A DNA stretch of 64,000 nt from an uncultured Deinococcaceae bacterium (GTDB lineage: Bacteria > Deinococcota > Deinococci > Deinococcales > Deinococcaceae): the NCBI GenBank assembly GCA_964252075.1, contig CAXULY010000010.1, forward strand, positions 1-64,000, written 5' to 3'. The notes beneath the pieces were generated by a model. It saw only the letters and a list, made by a program, of their open reading frames with translations, was not told the DNA's origin and did no database searches. Shown in pieces: positions 30,857-38,498 of the stretch (within the stretch, counting starts at the first letter, position 1; every line of letters begins with the position of its first letter). Position numbers and translations under genes: made by a program.

Positions 30857-30886
30857 GCGTTTGTGTTGCCCGGCGCCTTCGCGCCG

Positions 30887-30974
30887 TGGTGGAGAGGGAA
30901 GGATTCGAACCTTCAGCGCCCGAAGGCTCTGGATTTACAGTCCAGCGCGGCTCACCAGCCTCCGCCGCCCCTCC
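30887..30974 (-). tRNA. tRNA-Tyr(GTA), C8 instead of U8
   Basis: GGAGGGG/CCTCTCC-A-CCA; anticodon arm CTGGA-CTGTAAA-TCCAG; variable arm GCC-TTCG-GGC; TTCGAAT loop. Confidence 0.88.
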
Positions 30975-31006
30975 ATGTGTCCAGGGTTTAGGGCCTCCTG
31001 GCGGCC

Positions 31007-31083
31007 TGGTGCGCTCGGCAGGATTCGAACCTGCACTGCTCCGGATCTGAGCCGAAGTCCTCTACCGGTTGGGATACGGGCGC
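31007..31083 (-). tRNA. tRNA with CAG (Leu) anticodon and a short variable loop
   Basis: GCGCCCG/CGAGCGC-A-CCA (one C:A mismatch); TTCGG-CTCAGAT-CCGGA; 5-nt variable loop; GCAGG-TTCGAAT-CCTGC. Confidence 0.8.
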
Positions 31084-31084
31084 G

Positions 31085-31160
31085 TGGAGCAGGTCCAGGG
31101 GAATTGCACCCCGGTCTCCCGACTGGTGGCCGGGCGTCTTGGCTGCTGGACTAGACCTGC
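31085..31160 (-). tRNA. Gly-like tRNA or pseudo-tRNA with ACC anticodon
   Basis: GCAGGTC/GACCTGC-T-CCA (U73); CCCGG-CCACCAG-TCGGG (C33); D loop lacks GG; T loop TGCAATT. Confidence 0.65.
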
Positions 31161-31168
31161 GTACAAAG

Positions 31169-31263
31169 GCGCGGGCGAGTGTGGGCGCACGGGTTTTCCC
31201 CACGAGTGGGCAAGGATTCGAACCTTTGAGTCACCTGGTCACCGTGCGCGTCCGGCCCGGCGC
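31169..31263 (-). ncRNA. Y RNA 4, with T-loop hairpin
   Basis: 5' CGGGCCGG / 3' CACACTCGCCCG Ro helix; GCGCACGG/CCGTGCGC stem; AAGG-TTCGAAT-CCTT. Confidence 0.75.
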
Positions 31264-31277
31264 GGGCGAACGGGGGA

Positions 31278-31395
31278 GCCTCGGGCAAGGGGTGTCCACG
31301 GGTTCGGGCCATCTCATGGCTGGAATCGAACCAGCAGCGCGTGCGCGCTTCCGCCCGTATCGAGGTGAGTCACCATGGAACATCGGCCCGGAGGC
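31278..31395 (-). ncRNA. Y RNA 3, with tRNA-like multi-hairpin domain
   Basis: 5' CGGGCCGA / 3' CACCCCTTGCCCG; TCCATGG/CCGTGGA; GCTGG-TTCGATT-CCAGC. Confidence 0.8.
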
Positions 31396-31403
31396 GAATG
31401 TGG

Positions 31404-31478
31404 TGGTCGTTCTGAGGGGAGTTGAACCCCTGTTTTCCGGTTGAAAGCCGGAGGTCTTGACCGTTAGACGACAGAACG
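31404..31478 (-). tRNA. tRNA-Glu(TTC)
   Basis: CGTTCTG/CAGAACG-A-CCA; TCCGG-CTTTCAA-CCGGA; AGGGG-TTCAACT-CCCCT. Confidence 0.88.
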
Positions 31479-31481
31479 GAG

Positions 31482-31550
31482 CTTTCGGGCAAGGGGTGGC
31501 CGACGGGTTGTTTCTTCCATAGAGAAAACCGTCGGTCTTCGGCCCGAAAG
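31482..31550 (-). ncRNA. Y RNA 2, minimal stem-loop
   Basis: CTTTCGGGCCGAAGACCGACGG...CCGTCGGCCACCCCTTGCCCGAAAG, the bulged Ro-binding helix. Confidence 0.82.
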
Positions 31551-31563
31551 ACGCGTGCGGGGA

Positions 31564-31634
31564 ACTTCAGACGAGGGGTGGCGGACGGTGATGTTCGGTT
31601 TTCAGTCGAGAACCGTTCGCCTTCGGCCCGAAGC
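31564..31634 (-). ncRNA. Y RNA 1, minimal stem-loop
   Basis: CTTCGGGCCGAAGGCGAACGGT...ACCGTCCGCCACCCCTCGTCTGAAG. Confidence 0.8.
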
Positions 31635-31637
31635 GGT

Positions 31638-31713
31638 TGGGGTGAACGTCCGGAATCGAACCGGAGTCTCCGCCTCCACAGGGCGGCGTCCTGACCGCTG
31701 GACGACGGACACC
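31638..31713 (-). tRNA. tRNA-His(GTG), two acceptor-stem mismatches
   Basis: G-1:C73; GTGTCCG/CGTTCAC-C-CCA; CCGCC-CTGTGGA-GGCGG; TCCGG-TTCGATT-CCGGA. Confidence 0.85.
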
Positions 31714-31715
31714 AC

Positions 31716-31751
31716 GAGAAGCCCGGCCTGAACGCGGGGTCCAGGCCGGGC
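31716..31751 (-). terminator. GC-rich hairpin with weak U tail (possible attenuator or processing signal)
   Basis: GCCCGGCCTGGAC-CCCGC-GTTCAGGCCGGGC-TTCTC, ending 2 nt upstream of tRNA-His. Confidence 0.55.
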
Positions 31752-31770
31752 CGTCAGGCACGCCGGGACA

Positions 31771-31896
31771 CTACAGGTCCAGGGAGTACTCCAGGAGAAA
31801 GGCGAAGGCCGCGCGATGCGCCGCGACGTGACCGTGCCAGCGACCTCGTGGGCCTCGTGGCTGGTTGAACGTCGGTTCCTTTGGGCTGTTTCGCAT
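31771..31896 (-). CDS. Putative 41-aa leader peptide (MRNSPKEPTFNQPRGPRGRWHGHVAAHRAAFAFLLEYSLDL)
   Basis: SD GAGGTG 6 nt before ATG; lies between the promoter and the hairpin/RNA array; too short for the supplied ORF track. Confidence 0.55.
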   Translation of the reverse strand: MRNSPKEPTFNQPRGPRGRWHGHVAAHRAAFAFLLEYSLDL

Positions 31897-31915
31897 GACC
31901 TTCACCTCGCTCCGG

Positions 31916-31968
31916 AGTGTAGGGGCCGGGCACTGCGGTGCACATGCGCCGGAAGGCGCAGCTGTGCA
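31916..31968 (-). promoter_or_regulatory. Putative promoter of the RNA/rsr operon with an overlapping inverted repeat
   Basis: -10 TACACT (31916-31921); TGCACA-TGCGCC-GGAA-GGCGCA-GC-TGTGCA dyad (31939-31968) over the -35 region. Confidence 0.5.
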
Positions 31969-32027
31969 TTAAGCCTTTTTGCGGGGAGCGGGGGAACAGC
32001 GGGGCAGGTCGGGGCTTAGCGTGGGGC

Positions 32028-32810
32028 ATGCCTGAACGCGCGCCGTCCGCCCTGCCGAGGCCCATCGTGCCGAGTGTGCCGTCCAACCGTTTCGCCGTGC
32101 TGGGCATGGCGGGGGCGGTGCTGGCCGCGCGCCTGACCGGGCGGAGCTGGGGTCAGGCGCTCGCGGTGGGTGGGGCGGGGTTCACGGCGTGGGCGCTGAA
32201 CCGCGAGCTCGACCCGGATGACGCGGGGAGCGCGAACCTCGCGCTGCTGCTGGCGGCGGGCGCGGGCCTCACGCGGCCACCCGGCGTGGGGGACCTGCTG
32301 TCGGCCTTCGCGCTGGTGAGTGCCCTGCGGGTGCAGGTGGCGACGGTGGGGCACCCGGCCTCGCAGGCGGACGCGCTGGCTCTGGGTGCGCAGGCGGGTC
32401 TGTCGGGGTGGCTGGGGGGCGCGGGGGGCGCGCTGGGCACGCCGCTCGCGCTGCTCGCGTCGAGCGCTGAGGGGGACCGCTGGGTGTCGCCCGCGTGGGC
32501 GCCGTGGGTGGCGCTGGGCGCGGCGAAGGTGGGGCGCCTCTTCCAGCCGCCCACCCCGCAGGTGTCCTCGGTGGGCGGCTGGGCGCTTGCGGCGCTGGCC
32601 CTGGCGCTGAGCGCGTCCGTGCTGCACCCCGAGCCGCCCAGCAGCACCACCGATGAGACGGGGGAGCGCCTGAGTGCCGCGCGGCTCTCGGACGCGCGGG
32701 CGGTGGCGCTGGCCAGCCTGCTGCTGGGTGTGCTGGATGCGGGTGCGGCGGGCAGCGTGCCGCTCGCGGCGGCGTGGGCGGCGATCGGGCTGCGGCGCGG
32801 GAGGGCGTGA
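32028..32810 (+). CDS. Hypothetical membrane protein
   Basis: Leaderless start TAGCGT-5 nt-ATG; hydrophobic segments; WALNRELDPD motif. Confidence 0.6.
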   Translation: MPERAPSALPRPIVPSVPSNRFAVLGMAGAVLAARLTGRSWGQALAVGGAGFTAWALNRELDPDDAGSANLALLLAAGAGLTRPPGVGDLLSAFALVSALRVQVATVGHPASQADALALGAQAGLSGWLGGAGGALGTPLALLASSAEGDRWVSPAWAPWVALGAAKVGRLFQPPTPQVSSVGGWALAALALALSASVLHPEPPSSTTDETGERLSAARLSDARAVALASLLLGVLDAGAAGSVPLAAAWAAIGLRRGRA

Positions 32811-32867
32811 TCCGGCACAGCTTCGCGGGGCGCGGGTGCCTACCCTGAGCCTGAAGGGAGGCAGGCT

Positions 32868-33641
32868 GTGACTGGAGTGGGCAGGCAGGTGACCTTGCTG
32901 GTGGCGGTGCTGGCGACGCTGGCGCTCAATGGCGTGGCGAGCACGGCGGGGTTGTTCGGGCGGGTGACGGGCAGCATCTCGGATGGGCTGCCGAATCCCT
33001 TCGTGCCGACGGGGCTGACCTTCTCGGTGTGGGGCGTGATTTTTCTGGGGCTGCTGGCCTTTGGGGTGTTTCAGGCGCTGCCCGCGCAGCGCGGCGGGCG
33101 CTTCGACCGGCTGTTCTGGCCGTTTCTGCTGGCGAACGTGCTGAACATGGGGTGGCTGCTGGTGTGGCACAGCCTCGCGTACGCGCTGAGCGTGCTGGTC
33201 ATGCTGGCGCTGCTCGCGGACCTGATCTGGCTGTACGTGGCACTCGTGCGCCTGCCGCTGCGCTCGGCGGGGGAGCGCTGGTGCTTGGGCGTGCCGACCA
33301 GCCTGTACCTGGGCTGGATCACGGTGGCGACCGTCGCGAACGTGACGGCGTGGCTGGTGAGCGCGGGCGTGACGAACGGCTTCGCGGGCCTCAGCGCGCC
33401 CGCCTGGGCGGCGGTGATGGTGGTGGTGGCGGCCCTCGTCGGGGCGTTCATGCTGCTGCGCTTCCGGGATGTGGCGTTCGCGCTGGTGCTGGCGTGGGCG
33501 TTTTACGGGGTGTACGCGAAGCGCCCGGACGTGACGACCGTGGTGTGGGGCGTGCTGATCGGGGCGGTGGTGCTGGTGGTGGCGGCGCTGCTGAGCCTGC
33601 GTGGCCCCGCGAACCGCCCGCCGAGGGCGGCGGGCGCGTGA
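32868..33641 (+). CDS. Tryptophan-rich sensory (TspO-like) membrane protein
   Basis: FSVWGVIF and SLYLGWITVATVAN motifs; multiple TMs. Confidence 0.7.
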   Translation: MTGVGRQVTLLVAVLATLALNGVASTAGLFGRVTGSISDGLPNPFVPTGLTFSVWGVIFLGLLAFGVFQALPAQRGGRFDRLFWPFLLANVLNMGWLLVWHSLAYALSVLVMLALLADLIWLYVALVRLPLRSAGERWCLGVPTSLYLGWITVATVANVTAWLVSAGVTNGFAGLSAPAWAAVMVVVAALVGAFMLLRFRDVAFALVLAWAFYGVYAKRPDVTTVVWGVLIGAVVLVVAALLSLRGPANRPPRAAGA

Positions 33642-33674
33642 GGCGAGGGGGCGCCGCGCCTGCGGCGCCCCCCT

Positions 33675-34127
33675 TCAGTACGCGAGGTAACGCAGGTAGT
33701 TCGTGATGTCGGCGGCGCACTTGTCCGTGACGCTGGACTGCACGCTGCCCGTCAGGGTGCGGAGCTTCCCGCCGTTCGAGAGGTACAGCTGCGTGATCTG
33801 GTAGGTGTTGCCCGCGCTGTCCAGCAGGTACGTGGCGAGCAGCCCGAAGCTCCCGCCGCGCTCGATGGGTATGGCCGTGACGTCCGTGAACTTGCGCGCG
33901 GTGAGGGTCTGCTGCAGGCGAGCGGCGAGGGCCGTGGCGTGCGGCATGTCGGGCAGCGCCGCGAAGGGCTGGTCGTGCAGTTCCTCCTTGATGATGCAGT
34001 TGCCCGCCGCGCTCTGCCAGGCGTCGGGGCCGCTGGCGGTCCAGCCCGCGAAGGGCACGTTGAAGCTGGCCGACGCGCTGCCCATGAGGGTCGCGGCGGC
34101 CAGCAGGAGGGGGAGGAGTGGGCGCAT
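33675..34127 (-). CDS. Hypothetical secreted protein
   Basis: Signal peptide; high-GC3 codon usage. Confidence 0.6.
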   Translation of the reverse strand: MRPLLPLLLAAATLMGSASASFNVPFAGWTASGPDAWQSAAGNCIIKEELHDQPFAALPDMPHATALAARLQQTLTARKFTDVTAIPIERGGSFGLLATYLLDSAGNTYQITQLYLSNGGKLRTLTGSVQSSVTDKCAADITNYLRYLAY

Positions 34128-34203
34128 TGTGTTTCACTGTGCCGCGCGTTCCTGACGGGCGCTCCCACCTTGTCTGAGAAAGCTGGGCGCGCGGGCGGCG
34201 GGG

Positions 34204-35145
34204 TCAGTCCTTCAAGGGGGTTTCGCTGCTGCGGCCGCGCGTGGCGATCAGGGACGCGATGACGCTCACGCCCAGGATGCCCACGATCACGCCGAGGCTG
34301 AGGGTGATGGGGATCTTCACGACGTCAATCAGCAGGAGTTTCGCGCCGATGAAGGCCAGCACGAAGCTGAGGCCCGTCTTGAGGTACACGAAGCGGTCCA
34401 CCACGTGCGCGAGCAGGAAGTACAGGCTGCGCAAACCCAGGATCGCCATGACGTTGCTGGTGAACACGATGAAGGGGTCGGTGGTGATGGCGAAGATGGC
34501 GGGGATGCTGTCCACCGCGAAGATCAGGTCGGAGACCTCAATGAACACCAGCACGATCAGCAGGGGCGTCGCGAAGCGCATGCCGTTCCTAACAGTGAAG
34601 AACTTCTGTCCGTCGTAGTCGGGGCTCACCCGGAAGAGGCGGCGGGCGAGGCGCACCGCGAAGTGCGCTTCCAGGTCCACCTTCTCCTCGGTCTTCTCGA
34701 ACAGCATCTTGATACCCGTGAAGACCAGGAAGGCGCCGAAGACGTACATGATCCAGTGAAAGCGCTCCACGAGTTCCGCGCCGAGCACGATCATGACGCC
34801 ACGCATGACGAGCGCGCCGATCACGCCCCAGAACAGCACCCTGTGGCGGGCGGCGGCGGGCACCGCGAAGGACGCGAAGACCATCACGAACACGAAGATG
34901 TTGTCCACGGCGAGGCTGTACTCCACGACGTAGCCGGTGAACCACTGGAGGCCCTTCTCGGCGCCCTGCCACAGCCACACGCCCGCGCCGAAGGCGACGC
35001 CGAGAGCGATCCAGATGCTGGACCAGATGCCCGCCTCGCGCACGCTCACCTCGTGCGCCTTGCGGTGGAAGACCCCGAGGTCGAGGGCGAGCACGCCCAG
35101 CACCGCGCCAATGAACGAAAACCAGACCCACAGCGGAAGATCCAT
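34204..35145 (-). CDS. TerC/Alx family metal (Mn) homeostasis membrane protein
   Basis: EYSLAVDNIFVF, DLIFAVDSIPAIFAIT and LGLRSLYF motifs. Confidence 0.93.
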   Translation of the reverse strand: MDLPLWVWFSFIGAVLGVLALDLGVFHRKAHEVSVREAGIWSSIWIALGVAFGAGVWLWQGAEKGLQWFTGYVVEYSLAVDNIFVFVMVFASFAVPAAARHRVLFWGVIGALVMRGVMIVLGAELVERFHWIMYVFGAFLVFTGIKMLFEKTEEKVDLEAHFAVRLARRLFRVSPDYDGQKFFTVRNGMRFATPLLIVLVFIEVSDLIFAVDSIPAIFAITTDPFIVFTSNVMAILGLRSLYFLLAHVVDRFVYLKTGLSFVLAFIGAKLLLIDVVKIPITLSLGVIVGILGVSVIASLIATRGRSSETPLKD

Positions 35146-35155
35146 GTGCACCTCC

Positions 35156-35266
35156 ACTCAGGTCTGGCCCTCAGCGTGTGCGCTGCTCGCGTGGGCCGGG
35201 CACCCACTGGGTGCCGTACTGACGACCGACGCGCCCGCCCGGGGGCGGGGGGCTACTCCCCCAAAT
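35156..35266 (-). promoter_or_regulatory. yybP-ykoY manganese riboswitch
   Basis: GGGGAGTAGCCC...GTCGTCAGTACGG-hairpin-CCGGC...GGGCCAGACC directly before the SD of the terC-family gene. Confidence 0.85.
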
Positions 35267-35406
35267 TGTGTGGCCAGTGTACCAGGCTGGGCTCCGGGCG
35301 CCCCGCACTCTAAACGCCACATGAAATGGCGTGGGCGCGCGGGGCAAGCATGAATGGCGGCGTGCGGCGGCCCTCGCTATGCTGCACTCAACCCGGAGGT
35401 GCCGCC

Positions 35407-36438
35407 ATGACCACCCAACCTGCCCGCCTCGTTCACGCCCCCTCGTCCACCCGCGCGACGCCCGCGCAGAACCTCATCACCATCGTGCTCGGGTGGTGGC
35501 TGATGATCGGCATCTTCGTGGACGGCTGGGCGCACCAGCACCTCGCGGGGGAAATCGAGAGCTTCTTCACGCCGTGGCACGCCATCTTCTACAGCGGCTT
35601 CACCGCGACCGCCCTGTGGGTGCTGTGGCTGGCGTGGCAGGGCTGGCGCGCCGGGCGGCGCGGCCTCGCGGCCTTCCCTGCGGGCTATCACCTCGCGGCG
35701 CTGGGCGTGCCGGTGTTCGCGCTGGGCGGCGTGGGGGACCTCACGTGGCACACCGTCTTCGGCATTGAGGTGGACCTGGACGCGCTGCTCTCCCCCACCC
35801 ACCTGATCCTGTTCCTGGGCGCGGAGCTGCTGGTGCTGGCGCCGCTCGCGGCGGCGTGGGCGGAACCCGAGGGGCGCCGCGCGCCCCTCGCGGTGCGCTG
35901 GACGGCCGTGCTGGCCGCGACCGCCGCGCTGAGTTTCGCGTCGTTCATGCACATGTACCTGTGGGCGCTGCTGCTCGTCCCGAACGGCACGTCGGACAAC
36001 CGCGCGGCGCTGGCGTTCACGCTCGTCACGGCCGTCATCCTGGCGGCGCCGCCCCTGTACCTGCTGCGCCGCTTCCAGATGCCGCCCGGCGCCCTGGCGG
36101 TCATGTACGCCGTGAACACCCTGCTGATGGTCGTCATGACGGTGGGGCTCGCGCAGGGCGGGCCGCTCGTGCTGCTGATGGCCGGCATCGGGCTGGTGCT
36201 CGACCTGATCGCGTGGGTGCTGCGCCCCTCGCCGCAGCGCATTTACGCCTTCCGGGCGTTCGGGGCGCTGCTGGGGCTCGTCACGTGGTTCGGCTTCTAC
36301 GTGGCGGTGCTGCTCACGCAGGGCCTCAGCATGAGCCTGGAGTTGTGGGCGGGCGTGTGCGTCATGACGGGCCTGGGCGGCCTCGCGCTCAGCGCGCTGA
36401 TCGTGCCGCCCGCGCTGCCGCGCGAAGCGGTGGAGTGA
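35407..36438 (+). CDS. Hypothetical polytopic membrane protein
   Basis: SD GGAGG; DGWAH, FFTPWH, DLTWH and LLSPTH His motifs in TM segments. Confidence 0.7.
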   Translation: MTTQPARLVHAPSSTRATPAQNLITIVLGWWLMIGIFVDGWAHQHLAGEIESFFTPWHAIFYSGFTATALWVLWLAWQGWRAGRRGLAAFPAGYHLAALGVPVFALGGVGDLTWHTVFGIEVDLDALLSPTHLILFLGAELLVLAPLAAAWAEPEGRRAPLAVRWTAVLAATAALSFASFMHMYLWALLLVPNGTSDNRAALAFTLVTAVILAAPPLYLLRRFQMPPGALAVMYAVNTLLMVVMTVGLAQGGPLVLLMAGIGLVLDLIAWVLRPSPQRIYAFRAFGALLGLVTWFGFYVAVLLTQGLSMSLELWAGVCVMTGLGGLALSALIVPPALPREAVE

Positions 36439-36447
36439 CGGGGCCGC

Positions 36448-37803
36448 TCAGGGCAGGCGCCGCACGCGGCGCGCGCGCTCCATGCGGTCCTTGAGGAAGT
36501 CGCGGGTGCGCCAGGACTCCGGTTCCTGCACGCGCCGCAGCAGGGTCCAGGCGATCATGCGCAGCACGGCGCTCGTCGCGAACAGGGCGTGGTACGCCGT
36601 GAAGCCGCCCGTCGGCACCACCGCGCGGTACAGCTCCAGCAGCGGGCCGGAAATCAGGCCGCCCAGGAAGCCCGCGATGCCCGTCATGGCGCTGAACACC
36701 GCGATGTACGCCGCGCGGTTGGTGCTGGGCGTGCTGGCGAGCGACAGGTTGAACACGCCGGGGTTGATGGCGCTCCAGACCATCGCGTCCGCCAGCGCGG
36801 AGAGCCAGATGGGCCACAGGTGCTCGGGCGTGGCGAGCATCCACGACAGCGGCAGCAGGGTGCCCGCCAGGAAGGTGCTGACCGCCAGCACGGGCTTGTT
36901 CCCCACGCGGTCCGCAAGGCGCCCCCAGGTGGGCGCCAGAATCAGCGCCGCGAACGCGCTGATGCCGCCCCACACCGCGACCTGCAGGTAACTCATGCGC
37001 AGGTGCGTCAGGAAGTACGGAATCACGAAGGGCGACGCGACGAGCACCGCAAAGGTCCAGTACACCGCGAAGGCCAGCAGGCGCCGGAAGTTCCGGTCGC
37101 TGAAGGGCAGCGTGACGGTGTGCCGCATGCGCAGGCGCGCGCCGCCCAGCGGCGGCTCGTCGTGCCGGGAGAGCAGCGCCGCCGCGATGAGGCCCATGCC
37201 GACCGCGACGCCCAGCACCACCTGGAAGTTCAGGGGCGCCGCCACGCGGTCCAGCCACACGCCCGCCAGCAGGTTCGCGACGGTGCCGATCACGCCGTGA
37301 ATGCCGCTGCGCAGTCCGAAGTACCGCCCGCGTTCCTTCCACGGCACCACGTCGCCCATCCAGGCGGTCCAGAGGCTGCCGTTCGCGGCGATGAACACGC
37401 TGGAGAGCGCCACGACCGCGACGAGCAGCGCCACGCGCGCCTCGTTCGGGGCGGGCAGCACCGCGAGGAGCGGCGTGACGGCCCACAGGCCGCGCCCCAC
37501 GGCGGCCGTGAGGACCGCCACGCCGCGCCGCCTCCCGCGCCGCCCCACCAGCCACGCCGCGAGCGGACTCACGGCCTGCGCGAGCAGCGGTACGCTGGCA
37601 ATCAGGCCCAGCGCGGTGGGGGTGGCGCCCAGGTGCAGGGCGTACCCGGTCAGGACGCTGCCGGACGTCCAGTTGATGAAGAACATCGCGAAGCCCCCCT
37701 CGAAGATCGAGAGGCGCATGGTGGCGCGCGCCCGCGCCTCCGGCAGACCGGATGGCGGGGGGAGCGGGGTGGTGTCGGGCGGCAGGGCGGGGTCTTCGAT
37801 CAC
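36448..37803 (-). CDS. MFS transporter
   Basis: About 12 TMs; WGRLADRVGNK motif. Confidence 0.85.
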   Translation of the reverse strand: MIEDPALPPDTTPLPPPSGLPEARARATMRLSIFEGGFAMFFINWTSGSVLTGYALHLGATPTALGLIASVPLLAQAVSPLAAWLVGRRGRRRGVAVLTAAVGRGLWAVTPLLAVLPAPNEARVALLVAVVALSSVFIAANGSLWTAWMGDVVPWKERGRYFGLRSGIHGVIGTVANLLAGVWLDRVAAPLNFQVVLGVAVGMGLIAAALLSRHDEPPLGGARLRMRHTVTLPFSDRNFRRLLAFAVYWTFAVLVASPFVIPYFLTHLRMSYLQVAVWGGISAFAALILAPTWGRLADRVGNKPVLAVSTFLAGTLLPLSWMLATPEHLWPIWLSALADAMVWSAINPGVFNLSLASTPSTNRAAYIAVFSAMTGIAGFLGGLISGPLLELYRAVVPTGGFTAYHALFATSAVLRMIAWTLLRRVQEPESWRTRDFLKDRMERARRVRRLP

Positions 37804-37829
37804 GGTGGACCTGTGCCTTTAGCCTAGCT

Positions 37830-38444
37830 TCATCGTGCCGGTGACGCCAGCGCGTCCAGGCGCTCCTGAAGGCCCGCCCGGACCTGTGGCCACTCGTCAC
37901 GCAGCACGCTGTACATCACGGAGTCGCGCGCGAAGCCGTCCGGGCGGCGCTGATACTGGCGCAGCACGCCCTCGCGCACCGCGCCGAGTTTCTCCATGGC
38001 GCGCTGGCTGCGGGCGTTGCGGGCGTCCACCTTGAACTGCACGCGGTTCGCGCCGAGCACCTCGAAGGCGCGCGTCATGAGCAGCAGTTTCGCCTCGGGG
38101 TTCACGCCCGTGCCCTGGAAGGGCGGGGTGAGCATCGTGCCGATCTCCAGCCACGCGTCCTGCGGGCGCACCTCGCTGTAACTGATGCGCCCAGCCACGT
38201 CGCTCCCCACCACGACCGCCCAGTTCAGGCGGTTCGGGAGGGCGTTCAGCCGCTCGATGAACGCCGCCCACGCCGCCGGGGTGTTCGCCTCGGGCCCGCC
38301 GCGCGCCAAAAAGTTCAGGGTGTCCTGCGTGGCGTGCCGCGCGATGCCGGGCGCGTGCGCCGCCGTCAGGGGCTCCAGGTGCAGGTCGCGGCCCTGCATC
38401 GTCACGGGCGCCAGCCAGTCGTGCGGTGGGGTGGGGGCACTCAT
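37830..38444 (-). CDS. GNAT (RimJ/RimL-type) acetyltransferase
   Basis: LEIG, QGTGVN, and NARSQRAMEKLGAVREG motifs. Confidence 0.85.
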   Translation of the reverse strand: MSAPTPPHDWLAPVTMQGRDLHLEPLTAAHAPGIARHATQDTLNFLARGGPEANTPAAWAAFIERLNALPNRLNWAVVVGSDVAGRISYSEVRPQDAWLEIGTMLTPPFQGTGVNPEAKLLLMTRAFEVLGANRVQFKVDARNARSQRAMEKLGAVREGVLRQYQRRPDGFARDSVMYSVLRDEWPQVRAGLQERLDALASPAR

Positions 38445-38498
38445 GCCCTCACCCTACCCACGCCGCCCGGCGGGCGCGGCAGTGGTCTAGAGCGCCGC

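Noticed and set aside
31007..31083. Selenocysteine or opal-suppressor tRNA (TCA within the loop CTCAGAT)
   Set aside because: In the 7-nt loop the central triplet is CAG, and there is no long variable arm or extended acceptor stem.
30400..31720. CRISPR array suggested by recurring TCGGCCCG / TTCGAACC motifs
   Set aside because: Repeats are short, irregularly spaced and explained by Y RNA helices and T loops; no cas genes are present.
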